Source of the DNA: Octopus sinensis | Lineage: Eukaryota | Length of the DNA: 64,000 nt | Assembly: GCF_006345805.1 (NCBI RefSeq) | Contig: NC_042998.1 | Span: 130,882,001 to 130,946,000, forward strand | Reading direction: 5' to 3' | The notes under the pieces: model-generated | What the model saw: only the letters and a program-made list of their open reading frames with translations | Told to the model about the DNA's origin: nothing | The model's database searches: none | Shown: positions 25,601-39,858 of the stretch, piece by piece | Position numbering within the stretch: position 1 is the first letter of the stretch | Layout: every line of letters starts with the position of its first letter | Position numbers and translations under genes: made by a program

Positions 25601-26480
25601 ATTTCACTTTTCACAGGTTTTGTTGGAGCTCCTGGTGACTTGCATGCGTAGCGATTTTACTAGCTGCAGCCTACAGTACCATGCTCTTCGTTGTTTTCAG
25701 CTATCTAACATTTTCCTGATTATTCTGGCCGTGCCAAGGAGACAAGCCTTTTGTACCAGTTCTACTGGTCTTTCTATTCCAATTGTCTTGATATTCCTCT
25801 TGATGCCTTCTGATACTATTCCCAAGGACCCAGCAACAATTGGCACTATCTTCACATTCTTCATTTTCCATAGCCGGGTTATTTCGTACTTAAAAGAGTT
25901 GCATCTAACTATCTTTTCATTTTCTTTCCTGACTATTCGTGAGTCAAAGACGAACGCACCATCAACTATATAGCATATGTGGTACACCTTGTCCACCACT
26001 ATTAGGTCTGGTCTGTTATGCTCAGGCACCTGATCTGTTTGGTTTGGGAAATCCTAGATTTTGCTAGCACCAGATTCCGCCTTTCTCTGCGGTTTGTGCT
26101 CATACCACGCCTTGCCTCTCTCTAGCCCTCACAGTTTCCCATGCAGCACCTTCGCTACCTGGTCGTGTCACCACGACTTCTAGTGGTCTTGGGCAAGCTT
26201 AGGGCATTCGTTCGTGATATGGGCAATGGTTTCATCCACTCCATTGCAGATGCGGCACATTCCTATGGTTGACCCTCCAGTTCGTGGCCAAAGCTTGGTC
26301 CTGTGCTGCCAGTGTAGTACTATCGGTCTCTTCTTTTAGGGTTCGTTTCATCATCCAATCCCACCTATTTTCCGCCAATTTATGCTATGGCTACATGGAC
26401 TTGATTGTGTAGTCACTTCTTGCATAATTCTCCTTCATGTCCGTTTTGTACTTCTTTCGTATGTAATGTACCACATGCAG
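25601..26480 (-). mobile_element. R4/Dong-clade LINE 3' fragment (CCHC knuckle plus restriction-like endonuclease)
   Basis: LKEET..LAAQDQALATNW, CRICNGVDETIAHITNEC, then ORF 25697-26029 HNRPDLIVVDK..KIVPIVAGSLG..QKACLLGTARIIRK. The 3' end runs into (TAA)n. Confidence 0.92.
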
Positions 26481-27009
26481 TTCTATAAGTTGCACTTTGC
26501 TGTTTTTTTTATTTGTTTATTTCAGATTTCTCTATGAGAGACATATTTTGGTAAATGTTGCTAAATATGGCAGATTCAACGAGGAAATGAATTGAAAAAG
26601 TAGCAAGATTATGTGAGGTACGTCATGAGAGACTACGCGTATTTCTTTGAAGTGTTCGTCAAAAAGAGAGTGAAGAGTAACATAGCTGCTTCTCTCTGGA
26701 GGCGACGTTAGGCTTCCACATTCTGCTGATGAAGGAATAGGAAAAAGTATTTTTAGACACATATCACAATGTATATTATATAGTATGGGGCTAAGGTTTC
26801 GACAATACAAGCCTAGTGGAGAAAATGCTTTCTATGCTTCGAAAATTTTCTCTCTTGTAAAAGTTTGCCCTGAAGGTTAAGTAACAAAATAGCGTGTCCA
26901 TACCTTAAGGTTCTGGTCAAGTAATAAACTAGGTAAAACAGTAAAAACAAGCAGAGACAGATTTTTAGAAAGGAAAACTAGTATCACAGAGTGTTGAAAA
27001 CACGTTCAG

Positions 27010-27345
27010 TTTCGCTGGAATTTGAACTCAGAACGTAAGCCCGGACAAAATGCAACTAAGCATTTTCCAGCATCCTGACCATTTTGTCATCCAACCGCCT
27101 TTCAATAATCATAACAATTATTTCTACTAAAGGCGGAATGGCTTCATTGATTCTTTTTTTTTTACTCGTTAGGGAGGGCAAGCCGATTGCATCGACACCA
27201 ATGCTCGACTAGAACTTATTTTATCAACGTCGAGAGTATGAAAGTTAAAGTCGACATCGGTCGGAATTCAACTCAAAATATAAAGCGTGAAGAAAGTTGC
27301 TAAGCATTTATTTCGGACTGCTGACGATTCTGTCAGCTCGCTACC
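27010..27345 (-). mobile_element. Two old SINE fragments of the main family
   Basis: ggaatttgaactcagaacgtaa at ~27017 and a degenerate core and head at ~27175-27345. Confidence 0.7.
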
Positions 27346-29124
27346 TTAAAAAGAAAATGGTGCAATTTGTTATGCGTGGATTAATGCATTACTCTGCTTA
27401 TATAGTAATTACTTTTCAGATTACTTCATGAAAGAAAACGTTTTTTATTCGTTTCTCACTCTGCTATACTAAGAACTGGAGCTTTGGAGCCAATGCTTTG
27501 TTTTCATAAGACTAAAATTCTTTTTGTTAGTTTTGATCAGTTTCTTTGATTGGAAATATTTCTAGAACAAAGTGCATTATGTTCATATTTTTAAAAGGGC
27601 CTACATCAAAGAAATGTAGCTTATATCGAAAATCAACTAAGTGAAATTTTACAAGTACGAAATTAGATTAAAAAAATTGACGTGGCAATTTATAAATTTG
27701 TATGTCATGCAAACTATGTTTTACATAGTCATTTACAGTATTAACTTACATTGAACGGAAGTACTATTGATAAACGAAATAATACCAAAGACTTAAAATA
27801 TTAAAATTTGCTGACATTGTAACTGTTCAAGAATACCTTGATTTGAACAAGCTTGAATAAAATGAAAAAATACCGAGGAAGTATATAGTATATATAAATA
27901 AACAGTATTTCTTGACACAAAGTTTTTGTTATAAAAGTGTAAACAAATTGAAAAGTAGCATATTTATGCGTTGTGGCAGAATATGAGAACGAGAACATCA
28001 TTTTGATACCGAAGATGAGTTCAGGTTAGGAGACATACTGAAATGGTAGTCATACAACTGATCAAAGTCAGGAGCGTCGTACACGAGGAAAGGAAATGTA
28101 AAGATCAAAGTCAGGGTAATGTTAAAAGTGAAGTTAAGCTATAGATATCCTTCATTTTGAAATGTATGAGCTAATGAGGAGAACTGAAAGGGAGCAAAAC
28201 TATTCACGGTCGAGTAGGTTCTGCAGGGAGCTCATAGTCCTGATGACAATTGAAAATCACACGGCTGATTTGGAGTTCCATCCCTATCGAATGATAGGAG
28301 AGAAATCCACCAGGCTCATGGAGCATGACATAGTAATCAATTGATACACGTTAGGAGGAAATGGCCGACAGAAGAGAATAGATGAATGAAGAGGGGAGGC
28401 TAACATTAGTCAGATGCAGCGATAATTACAGGAATACGATGTGAAAATTGACGCTTATGTTTTTTTTTTCATAGCATTAACAGTTGAAGTCCGAATGTTT
28501 GCTAGGGCAAAATTAGAGACAAACAAGATCATATAATCTATAGTGGCTCTGACATTTGGATCTCTAACTCCTGCACAGATTCAGGAAAAATTTTCTATTG
28601 ACATTTCCACTCCAAGTCTTTGTGGTGAAAGGAAAAAATATAATCCTGAAGAAATGGAAGGCTGTCGAAAACACCAAGAATAGTTGGAGTGAAAGACTGA
28701 GAGTAGACTTAACGCAAGTAAATGCCTATAAATCACTCGTAAATAGAAACTCATGTTTCCTTAGTGAAAACCCTAACTTCATTGTCGTTCGAATCGGAAA
28801 ATTCTTTATGGAGTGGCAGATTGACCTGAAAGTCAATCGTGCTGATTGAAAAGGAGATAAGAACGATTATTTCATGCACAAAAGTGACTAATTGCAATTA
28901 GAACATCTCAAGCCTGCATACAGATAACAAACCACTCCCCAAAGCATATGGATATTTTATAACCATTTAAACTCAAATACACTCGTAGAAATGTCTAGGA
29001 ATTCAGTTTCCTGAAGAAGATACCCGCTTACTACCTTGACGACATCTTATCTCTTTTCATTAACAGTTTTCTATAGTTGCTGTCTGTAATTTGTAATGGC
29101 AAAATACTGAATTGCACTGACATT

Positions 29125-29163
<39 letters not shown>

Positions 29164-29195
29164 GCGCGTGTGTGTGCGTGTCTGTGTGTATACAG

Positions 29196-29235
<40 letters not shown>

Positions 29236-29269
29236 GGGGGATAGATAGACAGACAGACAGATAGATATG

Positions 29270-29345
<76 letters not shown>

Positions 29346-30376
29346 AAAGGGATAAACCGTAACACGGGTTTAATATGGATACACATTTCAACTAGTATAA
29401 CAGATTTTGCATGACACGTTTTGCATTTTATATACCGCGCATGCGGCCTATAAACAAAATATTGTTGTTGCTATTGTTGCTGCTGCTACAGCTGATGTTT
29501 GTTTTTTTTTATTAGAAATCATTATCATTACTACCATCATAATCATCATCATCTTCGTCATCATCGTAGTCGTATCCATCATCCTCGTCTTCGCCATCGT
29601 CGTCGTAATTATGATGATCATCATCATCATGTCTACATTTGGATATTTTATTATTTTTGTCATTAATGGTACTATCATCTTGAATATTATTTGTACAGTG
29701 GCTGCTGTTGTTGTCATTTCCAACTTTATTTGTATTTAAAATCATAATTAAACATATTCCCTTGAACAAGTACAATTTTTAAAACTGATTACTATTATAT
29801 TTCACGAGTTTATTAAATTGTCTCAGACTAATTACATTTTCCGAAATGCACACCCACAGATGAATAAACTAGTGCACATAGAAACACATATGTACTCAAC
29901 AGTAAGCATGCTGACACATGCGCATTCTTATGCACACACGCCAGGGCGTGTATGTGGAATTTGAATAGCTCGAACGATATATAATATATATGTGAATAAA
30001 TGAACACGTGCACATAAATACACACACTTCGTGTTATATAAACACCGGATAGCACAAACATACCCCAAAACATTTACATACATACTTGCATATGCAAACA
30101 ATCAAGTAATAACAGATACTTAGAACAGAGCCATGCAACATCTGTGCAGCCGTTCCACCTGTTAGATATAAGAACTAAATTACCTTCGAACGACACAAAT
30201 CGTTCCTACAAAATTCTCACTTCCGAAATATTGACTGGAGATCGGATATTAGAATCACGGTGTGACATGTATGAGGTCTCATTTCTCACTCTAACATATA
30301 TGTGTGTGTATGTGTGTATGTGTTTGCATGTGTGTGTGTGTATGTGTGTATGTATGTGTGTGTGCGTGTGTGTGTA

Positions 30377-30530
30377 TGGAGTGACGTGGCTTAATGTTTA
30401 GGATGTCCACTCATGATCGTCAGATTACGGCCTTGGTTCCTGGCGGAAGAAGTTTTGCGTTCTTGAGTAAAACACCTCGTTAGGCATTGGCCCAGTTCAC
30501 TCAGCTGGAAAAAATGAGTAATCCTGCGAA
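30377..30530 (+). mobile_element. Old tRNA-derived SINE fragment
   Basis: Head ggagtgacgtggcttaatgtttagg...ggttcctggc, then cttgagtaaaacac...ccagttcactcagctg...aatgagta. Confidence 0.5.
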
Positions 30531-30739
30531 GAGCACCATCCCGTCCAGGACCAACATCCCGTTCAAGACCACCATCACGTCCTCTCTTTGAACCTATAGT
30601 TCGGGCAGGAATTTTGATCTGTCTGGTATACCGTTATATGTGTATGTGTGGGCGTGTGTGCGCATGTGTTTGTGTTTGTGAGCGTGTTCATGTTTGTGTG
30701 TGCGCGTGTGTGAGTCTGTATGTACATATATATTAGCTC

Positions 30740-30801
<62 letters not shown>

Positions 30802-31557
30802 ATAAATATAAATATATGCATATATACATACATATATATATATATACATACCTACATATATATGTATATATACATTCATATATGGGTACAGGACATCAAA
30901 AACGTTGAACACAATGAAAAACCAAAACATAGAAACGAAATCTTTTTCAAACAACGTAAAATATAGAGATACGAGACATACACCATATAGAATATTCTCC
31001 TTCTGCAGTTGTCCCTGTTTCATCTACTCCGCGTAACGAGGGTAAGGACAAGACGCGACTTTGTTGAAACAGTCCTTTCCGCAAAGGAAATTAAATAAAA
31101 TTTGGGATTTTTTTGCGGAGGGTGAAAGTGGTAACAAGAACAGGACAGTGAGAACAAAACAATAAAAACTATAAAAAGTGGTAACAAGAACAGAACAAGG
31201 AGAACAAAACAGTAAAAACAGTAAAACAGTAAAAACAAAACAGTAAAAACAAACGATGAGGGCTATTAAGCCAAGACAATGGAAAAATTATTCTGAACGT
31301 TTAAGGAGACGGGCTTATGAAGAGACAGGATATGCCCGTTTAGTCTTTGCGAAGGTAGTAGTCGGAATGATGGCTTCCCTCTCATCACTTGTTAGCGACG
31401 AGAGAGTCGAGGAGGAGGATTGAGAGAGAGGGTACGGTGAAGGACATATATTATATTTTGGGTACTTCCGTTGCATACTAGAGAACGACAAGCTTTCAGG
31501 TGCATTAATTTTGGCTAGAAATTCTGTCACAAAGCCAGGAATTTTCAGGAGAGGGAA

Positions 31558-31682
31558 TAAGTCGATTACATCGATCCAGTGCTCAACTGCTAATAATTTT
31601 ATTGACCTTCGGACTCGGCAGAATTTGAAAATCCGCTAAGCATTTTGCTAGGAGTACTAACAAGTCTGCCAGCTCGCTGCCT
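31558..31682 (-). mobile_element. Deleted SINE fragment of the main family
   Basis: taagtcgattacatcgatccagtgctcaactg...gccagctcgctgcc. Confidence 0.7.
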
Positions 31683-31955
31683 TATTCAGTTGCATTACTA
31701 TTATTAGCATGAAACATACGACAGTACCTTGAGGACCGATTAAAGCTGGCGAGAGCCAGGTGTTTTGGCATTAGGCGGTGACATACTTCCACATAGTGAC
31801 CGCTTGAAGATGTGCGTGTGCGTACGGATCGTGTGACCGCGTGAATATGTGGGTACATGTGTATAGGTATGTATATTTGTGTATATATACATATACATAT
31901 ATGTGTGTGTCTGCATTTGTGTGTGTGTGTGCTTGTGTGTGTCTATTTACATGCT

Positions 31956-32001
<46 letters not shown>

Positions 32002-32006
<5 letters not shown>

Positions 32007-32229
32007 CTTTACTACCCACAAGAGGTTAAACACAGACGGGACAAACAAGGACAGACAAACGGATTAATTCGATTACATCGATCCCGGTGCGTAACTGGTA
32101 CTTAATTTATCGACCCCGAAAGGATGAAAGGCAAAGTCGACCTCGGCGGAATTTGAACTCGGAACGTACCGACAGACAAAATATGGCTACGCATTTTGCC
32201 TGGCGTGCTAACGTTTCTGCCAGCTCGCC
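32002..32229 (-). mobile_element. Full-length tRNA-derived SINE, main family
   Basis: Minus strand runs ggcgagctggcagaaacgttagc (A box), gagttcaaattcc (B box), central gcctttcatcctttcggggtcgataaattaagtacc, and tail gtgggtagtaaagaaata. Confidence 0.92.
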
Positions 32230-32263
<34 letters not shown>

Positions 32264-34231
32264 ACAAAGAGAGAGAGAGAGAGAGGGAGATCGCGCACGT
32301 GTGTGTATTATGCAAAAGTGCACTTAAACCAAATATGTAGTCTTTACATAGCTACTTGACCTGTTATACTAAGCAACCAATTCTCGTTACAAATCATATT
32401 TTGCATCCATAAATGAAAACAGAAAATTCCGATATTAAACATACGCAAAGACGAGATGGTCAAATTTGAAGCGCCTTTCATACATATCATAATGATATTG
32501 GACTAAACAACAAGAATAGCATGAAACTTATGACTGAGCAAATCATTTGCCCACCAATAATCTTCCATCAAATTCCTTATGTTCGTACATTTTCCGAAGA
32601 ACAATCGGCCTTCTCATTCTACGTCAATATTTTTCGTTTTATCCCGCGTATGTTTTTTGTAATTATATTATCTTTATTGCATTCGTTAACCGCTGTGTGT
32701 ATATACTTTATACACTGTTATCTACACACACCATTGTTTCTATAATGAAATAATCCTTTTATTTTTCTTGAAAACATGAGAGGTAGCCTATTCTTGAGTT
32801 TTTTCTCCTTTTCTTTGTTTATTCTTGGTGTTTGTATAGTTTCGTTATTGTTATTTTTACTCATCCTTTCTATTTTCGTCGTAGAGTCTTGTTTTTAGAC
32901 ATTGTTATCGTTCGTTGTTATTGTTGTTGTTCATATTATTTGCTGTAGCTATCTTTGCTGTAATCATCATGTTTATATGTTCTGCCTGTATTTTCTGAAG
33001 AGTTTTCTTTTCTTCTCCTCGCTTCTTTTTAACTATACAGAGAAAACATTATAATGTCTTCGTTTTTGTGTGTCATTAGTGCGTTTCTCGATCTATTTTT
33101 ACTCCATTGTCTTTGGCTCCCCTCATACTATCTTGTTCTCTCTTGTATACCCCCTCTCTCTCTCTCTCTCTGTACACACGCACGGACACACAGAGACATC
33201 TGATTATGTACCTGTGTGTGTAAGTGAGTGTGAAGCAGTTACCCATTTCACTGAGTTTTTGTAATCATTATGACTATTTTTAGTATTATTCTTGTTAAAA
33301 TGATTTTCACTTTTTTTTCTCTCTCAAAAGTATTACTAGTTTCATGAAAACAAAAACACCAATTCGAATGACGACAGCAAAAATGAAGGAGCTTTGGAAC
33401 ATTTAGGTAATTGAGAGATTCTTAACAAACAGCAACATCACTCAGCCTCCTTCAATTCTCTTCCGCCCCCAACCACTAACCAACATCATCATCATCATCA
33501 TCATTAGCACCAACAACATTATAAATCACAACAACAATGTCAACCACTAAGAGCAATAATATTCCTCTAAGTAAGTGGACTAATTGAGAGTTTTCTAAAG
33601 CACTCGATCTTGGTCGGTCCATTTACTTCTGTTTCACTTGCATTCATTCTATCTATCTTTTCTTCTCCTCTCCTTCGTATTTCTTAATCATACTTTCCTT
33701 CTTTCCATAATTATATAATTGTTTCTTTCTTTCTTTCGTTATTTTTTCTTTCTTCCTTTCTTTAATTATTCATAAGCTTACGTCTTTCTTGTTTAGATAT
33801 ATTTCTAAGTAACTTATATTTCTTTCTTCACCACTTTCTTCTTTTCTTTCGTTATCAATGCAGTCAACGTAGTCATTGTTCTGTTTGTACATCAATGGTG
33901 TTTTTTCTTTTCCTGTATTGTTTTGGATGGTTTCTTTATTTGTAGTTTTCTTACTCTCTTGCTCTGTCCCTATCATTCGTTCATCCATTGATTCTTCCTC
34001 TCTTCCTTCCTGCCTTCCTTTCTTCTTTTTTGCCATTCCGTATTCCATTTTTCCATCCATTCATTTATTCATTCCTTAAATCAATTTCTCTTTCATTATC
34101 TCCATGAAATTTTCTTTCGTTCTCTCTCATTCATTGTTTTCTTGCACGTTTACATTTCTTTTAATGATTATTTTTCAGATTTCTGTATTTTTCAATTGCA
34201 ATCTAACTATTACTGATGTACATATACCCTG

Positions 34232-34281
<50 letters not shown>

Positions 34282-34302
34282 ACACACACACACACATATA
34301 GG

Positions 34303-34367
<65 letters not shown>

Positions 34368-34467
34368 CTACATACACACACACACATATATATCTATATG
34401 TGTGTGTACCTATGTATATGTACATACATATGCATATGCGTTATGAATCAAATATACATACTCTTAT

Positions 34468-34509
<42 letters not shown>

Positions 34510-34544
34510 ACTCGTGTGTTACTATTCAACGTTCTATATATATG

Positions 34545-34601
<57 letters not shown>

Positions 34602-34633
34602 CAATATATATTCTCTCCAATTTTTCCTCATTC

Positions 34634-34669
34634 CTTTCTGTCGAACAGCGTAGGTTCGAGACGTAAAAG
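34634..34669 (+). ncRNA. Degenerate variant hammerhead motif (core CUGUCGA), same family as 10710-10745
   Basis: cttt-CTGTCGA-a-cagc-gtag-gttc-GAGA-CG-T-A-aaag. About 130 bp of flanking homology to ~10640-10770. Confidence 0.4.
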
Positions 34670-35461
34670 ACTTTTCCATTTTTCCCGAGTGTTAAATTAA
34701 TACACCTGCTTACTGTTCCTTCATCTATCTATATATATGCATGATAGAGAGACACACCCCGCCAAAATGCATGCAGCTTGTATTATGTTTTTTTAACTCC
34801 CAATCGAAATCTCTCAGTTAAACTTGATTACAAGCTCACAGATCAGTTCTAAGAGGTCGCTTCCCCACCTCTATTCGGCCATACCTTACATTAATCATAA
34901 GATAATACGTCATATTATATACGGTTGCTTAACTTAGAATGTTGTAACTGCGTAGCATTTGTTGTTTTTTGTTTACTTTTCCTAACAACTATTCATTTTT
35001 GTCTGCTTGTCTTTCTCCTCACCTGGCTTGCTAATTACTTACCTATGTCACTTCTATGCGTATCAGTCAAAGCCTATTTAGTTAGATATTAATGTACATG
35101 TGACGAAGGTTACAAATCTTCTATGATTATATTGTCGGGTCTGTGAATTCGTAAACACAAACACACTCACACATGCCTAGACACAGGCACCCGTATACGC
35201 CCACGTTCATTTCTGTGTGCGTGCATATTTGATACACGCGCGAACGCGCACACACACGCTCACTCAGAAATACACACACATATATATAAATACATTTGCC
35301 TGTATCGAAATACACGGATGCATGTTGGTGCAAACATGGCGGTACAACTATGTAAATACATATATAATACACACACACATGTGTATATGTATATGTATAT
35401 ATATACATATAGTACATATATATACTATGTAGTACGTCCTAATAGCTATCATGTATATCAT

Positions 35462-35464
35462 GTG

Positions 35465-35560
<96 letters not shown>

Positions 35561-35565
35561 CAGAC

Positions 35566-35636
<71 letters not shown>

Positions 35637-35647
35637 CAGATAGATAT

Positions 35648-35733
<86 letters not shown>

Positions 35734-35763
35734 GGATAGATGGATAGATGGATAGATACAGGC

Positions 35764-35842
<79 letters not shown>
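35462..35842. repeat. Long compound (TA)(GA)(GATA)n microsatellite
   Basis: Direct reading. Many other (TA)n, (CA)n, (GATA)n, (TATG)n and (TTA)n tracts occur across the window and are not listed individually. Confidence 0.95.
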
Positions 35843-35843
<1 letters not shown>

Positions 35844-36342
35844 GATCGAATGTGTGTGCATACATAGTTTACATATATCCCTCCTGTTCACATATATTAT
35901 CCCACATGCATTCTATACATTTCGTATACTTTTACTACATATAACCATTGTTACTGTAATTATCAAAATCCCATCGGTGGCCCACAAGGAAATAAAAAAC
36001 GGAATGCAACTAGATATAATAAGTGGTAAATAAGCGAATTAGGTCTTGAGGACATTATAGTAAATAGGAAGGGAAGATATAAAAATATCCTATGCTTGCT
36101 GTTATATTGTGTTGAATAAACAGAATTACTTAGTGATTCCGAGAGAAGTTCGTAGAATGAAAGGAGGAATGTTGTTTGCAGTTAAATTGAACCTCGAAGT
36201 CACTTCATTAATATTCTACAAATAAAGAGTAGTTCTATACATTCATGTGTGTGTCTGTGTGATGAGGGCTTGTGCTTACGTGTATGTATGCGTGGGTAGA
36301 TAAATAGACAGGTTGATAGATTGATAGCTAGCTAGCTAGCTA

Positions 36343-36465
<123 letters not shown>

Positions 36466-36466
36466 G

Positions 36467-36524
<58 letters not shown>

Positions 36525-37188
36525 TGCTCATACAAGTAACGTTCGTAGCTTAATTAACACACACCGAAATTTAGAAATCAGAACTGAATGAGGTAACAAA
36601 TTTTATTGTGGCTTGACCGGTTCAGGGTCCAGGCATATTAATGATTTGGTAGAATTGTTTGGCGGGTTTAATTTTATATTTTATGCATTTGGGAAGTGTG
36701 GAGGTTTTTGATGTGATCTTCAGTTTAAATACTGTTGAGAACGTTGTGCAAATTATTACAGCTGAGCAAATCCACTAAATCAACTTCGAGCCAACACTAC
36801 GATTGAACAAGGTTGCGTGATGTAGCCCATACACCATATCTATACATATATATGTGCCTGTATGCATGTACTTATATGCGTGAAATTGGAAAAGCCAGGA
36901 TGTTTTCAACAATCTGTTCACTGGTTTCTGGATCATAAAAGTATATCCAGCTTTCGTCACAGGTCAGCAGACACTCAATTATTCTTGGGTGGAGGTAATG
37001 AATTCAACCATTTCTTTTCCGACAACAACGCATCTTTCCTTTTGTTCGTCGATGAGTACCCTGGGAACTCACTTTGCACAAATTTTGTGCATGTTTAGAT
37101 CTTTATGAAAAATTCTGTGTGCACCAACTCAAAACATTATGCTAGCTATTTTTATAGACACATGACTGTCTTTATTTTTAGAAAATTG

Positions 37189-37612
37189 TAGGCGCAATAT
37201 GATACCGTAAGAAAAATATTTATCCCCGCTAATTGTGAGTGAGGGTCCCGAAGCACTTATATTGTAAAAAATTAAGAGTTAATATTAATTTTCAATATAG
37301 ACATTAACATGTCGCTAAATCAGCCATAAATTTATATAGTAAATACATATACTGACAGATCCTTTTAGCCAAACCAGCAGGCGATTGACTAGTCACTGCT
37401 GATGAGTCTACGACTGATAGGCGAAACTAGCCTAGCCCAGTGATTCTGTAGTCATTCATGGAGCGATTATCTCCCCTGTCAGTGTGTATATATTGTGCGT
37501 TTCATACTGCATTAAGAGTTTCTAACTCTTATCTCTTTTAATATAGCTGTTTCGTCACCCTCAGTCACAATTAATGATAACATTTTTCATTTATGGTATT
37601 ATAGTGCGCCTA
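37189..37612 (+). other. ~424-bp imperfect inverted-repeat (rod-like) element enclosing a hammerhead
   Basis: Outer arms ~37189-37281 and ~37523-37612 (taggcgca.tat.atacc.taa, taattgtga.tgagggt, tatatt, taagagtta). Inner 12-bp stem 37347-37358 / 37476-37487. Confidence 0.75.
37391..37445 (+). ncRNA. Type I hammerhead ribozyme motif with extended stem I; U16.1 appears mutated to C
   Basis: agtcactg-CTGATGA-gtcta-cgactga-taggc-GAAA-ctag-c-ctag-C-C-cagtgatt. 8-bp stem I, 5-bp stem II closed by G-C, CTAG/CTAG stem III. Confidence 0.85.
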
Positions 37613-39858
37613 GCTGTTTATATTAATTATGTGTGTGTGGGGGGGGGTTACTGCGCTATGCTTAAAAGCGATGCATGATACGTTTAATTTTCGACTCGAG
37701 TTAAATATATCAATCTACTCTTAAATCCTTGTTTGAGTACCCGCGAAAGTGCTGTCAGGACAGGCTAGTTTGTACTAGTATGTATTTGTAATAATGAAGT
37801 CAGAACAAATAGTGGTATTTTAATAGCATTTAATATGTGCGTTTCAAGAAATATACCACTTACAGAATACCTTCTTCGGTTAATAGACTTCGGTTAAAAG
37901 ATGTAAATTTGAAGTGTATTAACTAAGAAAAGACTTGCATGACAGATGTATTTCCTATTATAAATTACGCAGATCTGAAACGTTCAAAGTATATACTTTC
38001 AAAATATTATTTGATTCCATTATTGAAAGTCTATGTGTGTGTGTATGAGAGAGAGTGTGTATGTTTGTATGTTTGTGTAACAATTTGTTCGCACGTATGT
38101 GTATGTGAGTGTGTATGTGCATATTTGAGTGCACACGCAGAAACATATGCAAATGCGTTGATATCTCTGTGGGTGTTTGGAGAAGTTAGGAGCATATGCA
38201 TGCATGTTTGCGTATCTGTTTATATGTGTATGTGTGAATATGTGTATTTGTTTGTGCCTTTGTGTGTGTATATGTGTGTGTATTTTTGTGTGAATGTTGT
38301 TGAGAATTTAGTTAATTAAATCCCGCAAAACACCCAAATATAGCAATTAAAGGGCGAAGTGTGATTCAGAGAGGAATGCTGAAAACAGCCTGATGGTCGG
38401 AGGGAGATGGATAGCAAAAAAAGAAGGAACAGAAACAAAATATTTAAGAGGAAATTAAGATATAGAAAGAGGGGAGGATGTATTATCTCAGATAAATGCA
38501 ACATGACAGCAACTGTTGGCAGAATCCTCTCACTCATAACTAATACGAAAACTGTGTAATGAGACGTCAGGTGGCGTTTACTGTCGGAACTACTCCAAAA
38601 CGAAACCATGGTTCCAATGACGAAATTAGTTTTGACTTCACCTACAATGAATTACTTTCATATCGCCTACAACATTTTCTGTCATTGTGTGTTTTCCTCT
38701 CTCACCCTTTCTTTCCCTTTCGCTTCTCTCCTCTCTATTTATCTCTTTATTTATTCGTCATATTCTATACTTATCACCTTTATGACGGTATTTTTCTCTC
38801 GTTTGAAAAATGTGATTTGTTTTGTAGAGTAAAAGAAGATATGGTAAATGGAGATGCAAGGATAGCAAACAAACAGATGGTTGGCATTATATGTATCAAG
38901 AGGACAGGAGAAGAAGAAGAAGAAGAAGAAGAAGAGAAGAGAAGAAGAAGAAGAAGAAGAAGATGATGATGATGATGATGATGATGAGGAGGAGGAGGAG
39001 GAGGATAATGATGATGATGATGATGGTGATTTTGACTTGCTAATCTGATTTTTTACGAAATAGAAAACAGCGAGGAATATTTCGTAAAAAAAACTAAAGT
39101 GATTTCCAACCAGGTAAGCTAAGGGTAACCTACACCTCTGCCCTTTTCCACACTTTGCTCTTGGTCATGTTGCTTGTCAAAATTTTGGTGGTTTCACAGA
39201 AATTCTTTGATATGTGTCTAGCTTACTGGTGGTCGCTTCATGAAGAATCTGTTCCTATTCTTACTTAAGAAAATCGTATTCTGAGAATAGTTTTCAATCT
39301 TGTATTTCGCATGACAGTATGAATTCTTTAGCTGTATTCTGCTGCACATCTGACGAATCTCATGAGATTTTTCAAAATAATAGGACAGGGACGCTCCCTC
39401 TTGATCTTTCTAGTTAGCTTTTGTAAGGGTTCTTTTACTCTTTTGTTTTTCATACTCTCTTGGACAGTTTGGAAAAGTAGTTCAATATCCTATTTTTATC
39501 TCCAGTCCTCATGAGGTGATAACAATTATTCAATAAATAAACAGGGCATCTGGTCACTAGTTTCCGTGTCCTGGCTCGAAGCGACTTCTTTCGCTATATC
39601 AGGAACTGTGATTCCCCCCGCTTCCCTACAGACTAGCGACTACTGCTGATGTAGCTGTTGCCTCTGATACCTTCCCCTCTAATCTTTCCTAGTTGTTCAT
39701 ATATAATCTTGACAGTTTGTTCTGCATCACGAGATTCATGTCCTTGCTTTTGTGCATGCAACAATGGACAGCTCAGCATGACCCTGTTCCAGTCCATTTA
39801 AAGTGTCTACTAACCATACGACCCTCTCAGCACTAACAGTTCATCTATACTGCAATAG

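Noticed and set aside
28008-28055. CCGAAGA...GAAA..GTC motif
   Set aside because: No stem I or stem II complementarity.
30980-31530. More GC-rich block with ORF 31315-31530
   Set aside because: Probably a repeat fragment, but no motif allows classification.
39150-39830. Possible CR1/L2-type ORF1 relic on the minus strand (PCPIILK..RLKTILRIR)
   Set aside because: The similarity is too weak and fragmented to support by eye; it needs a profile search.
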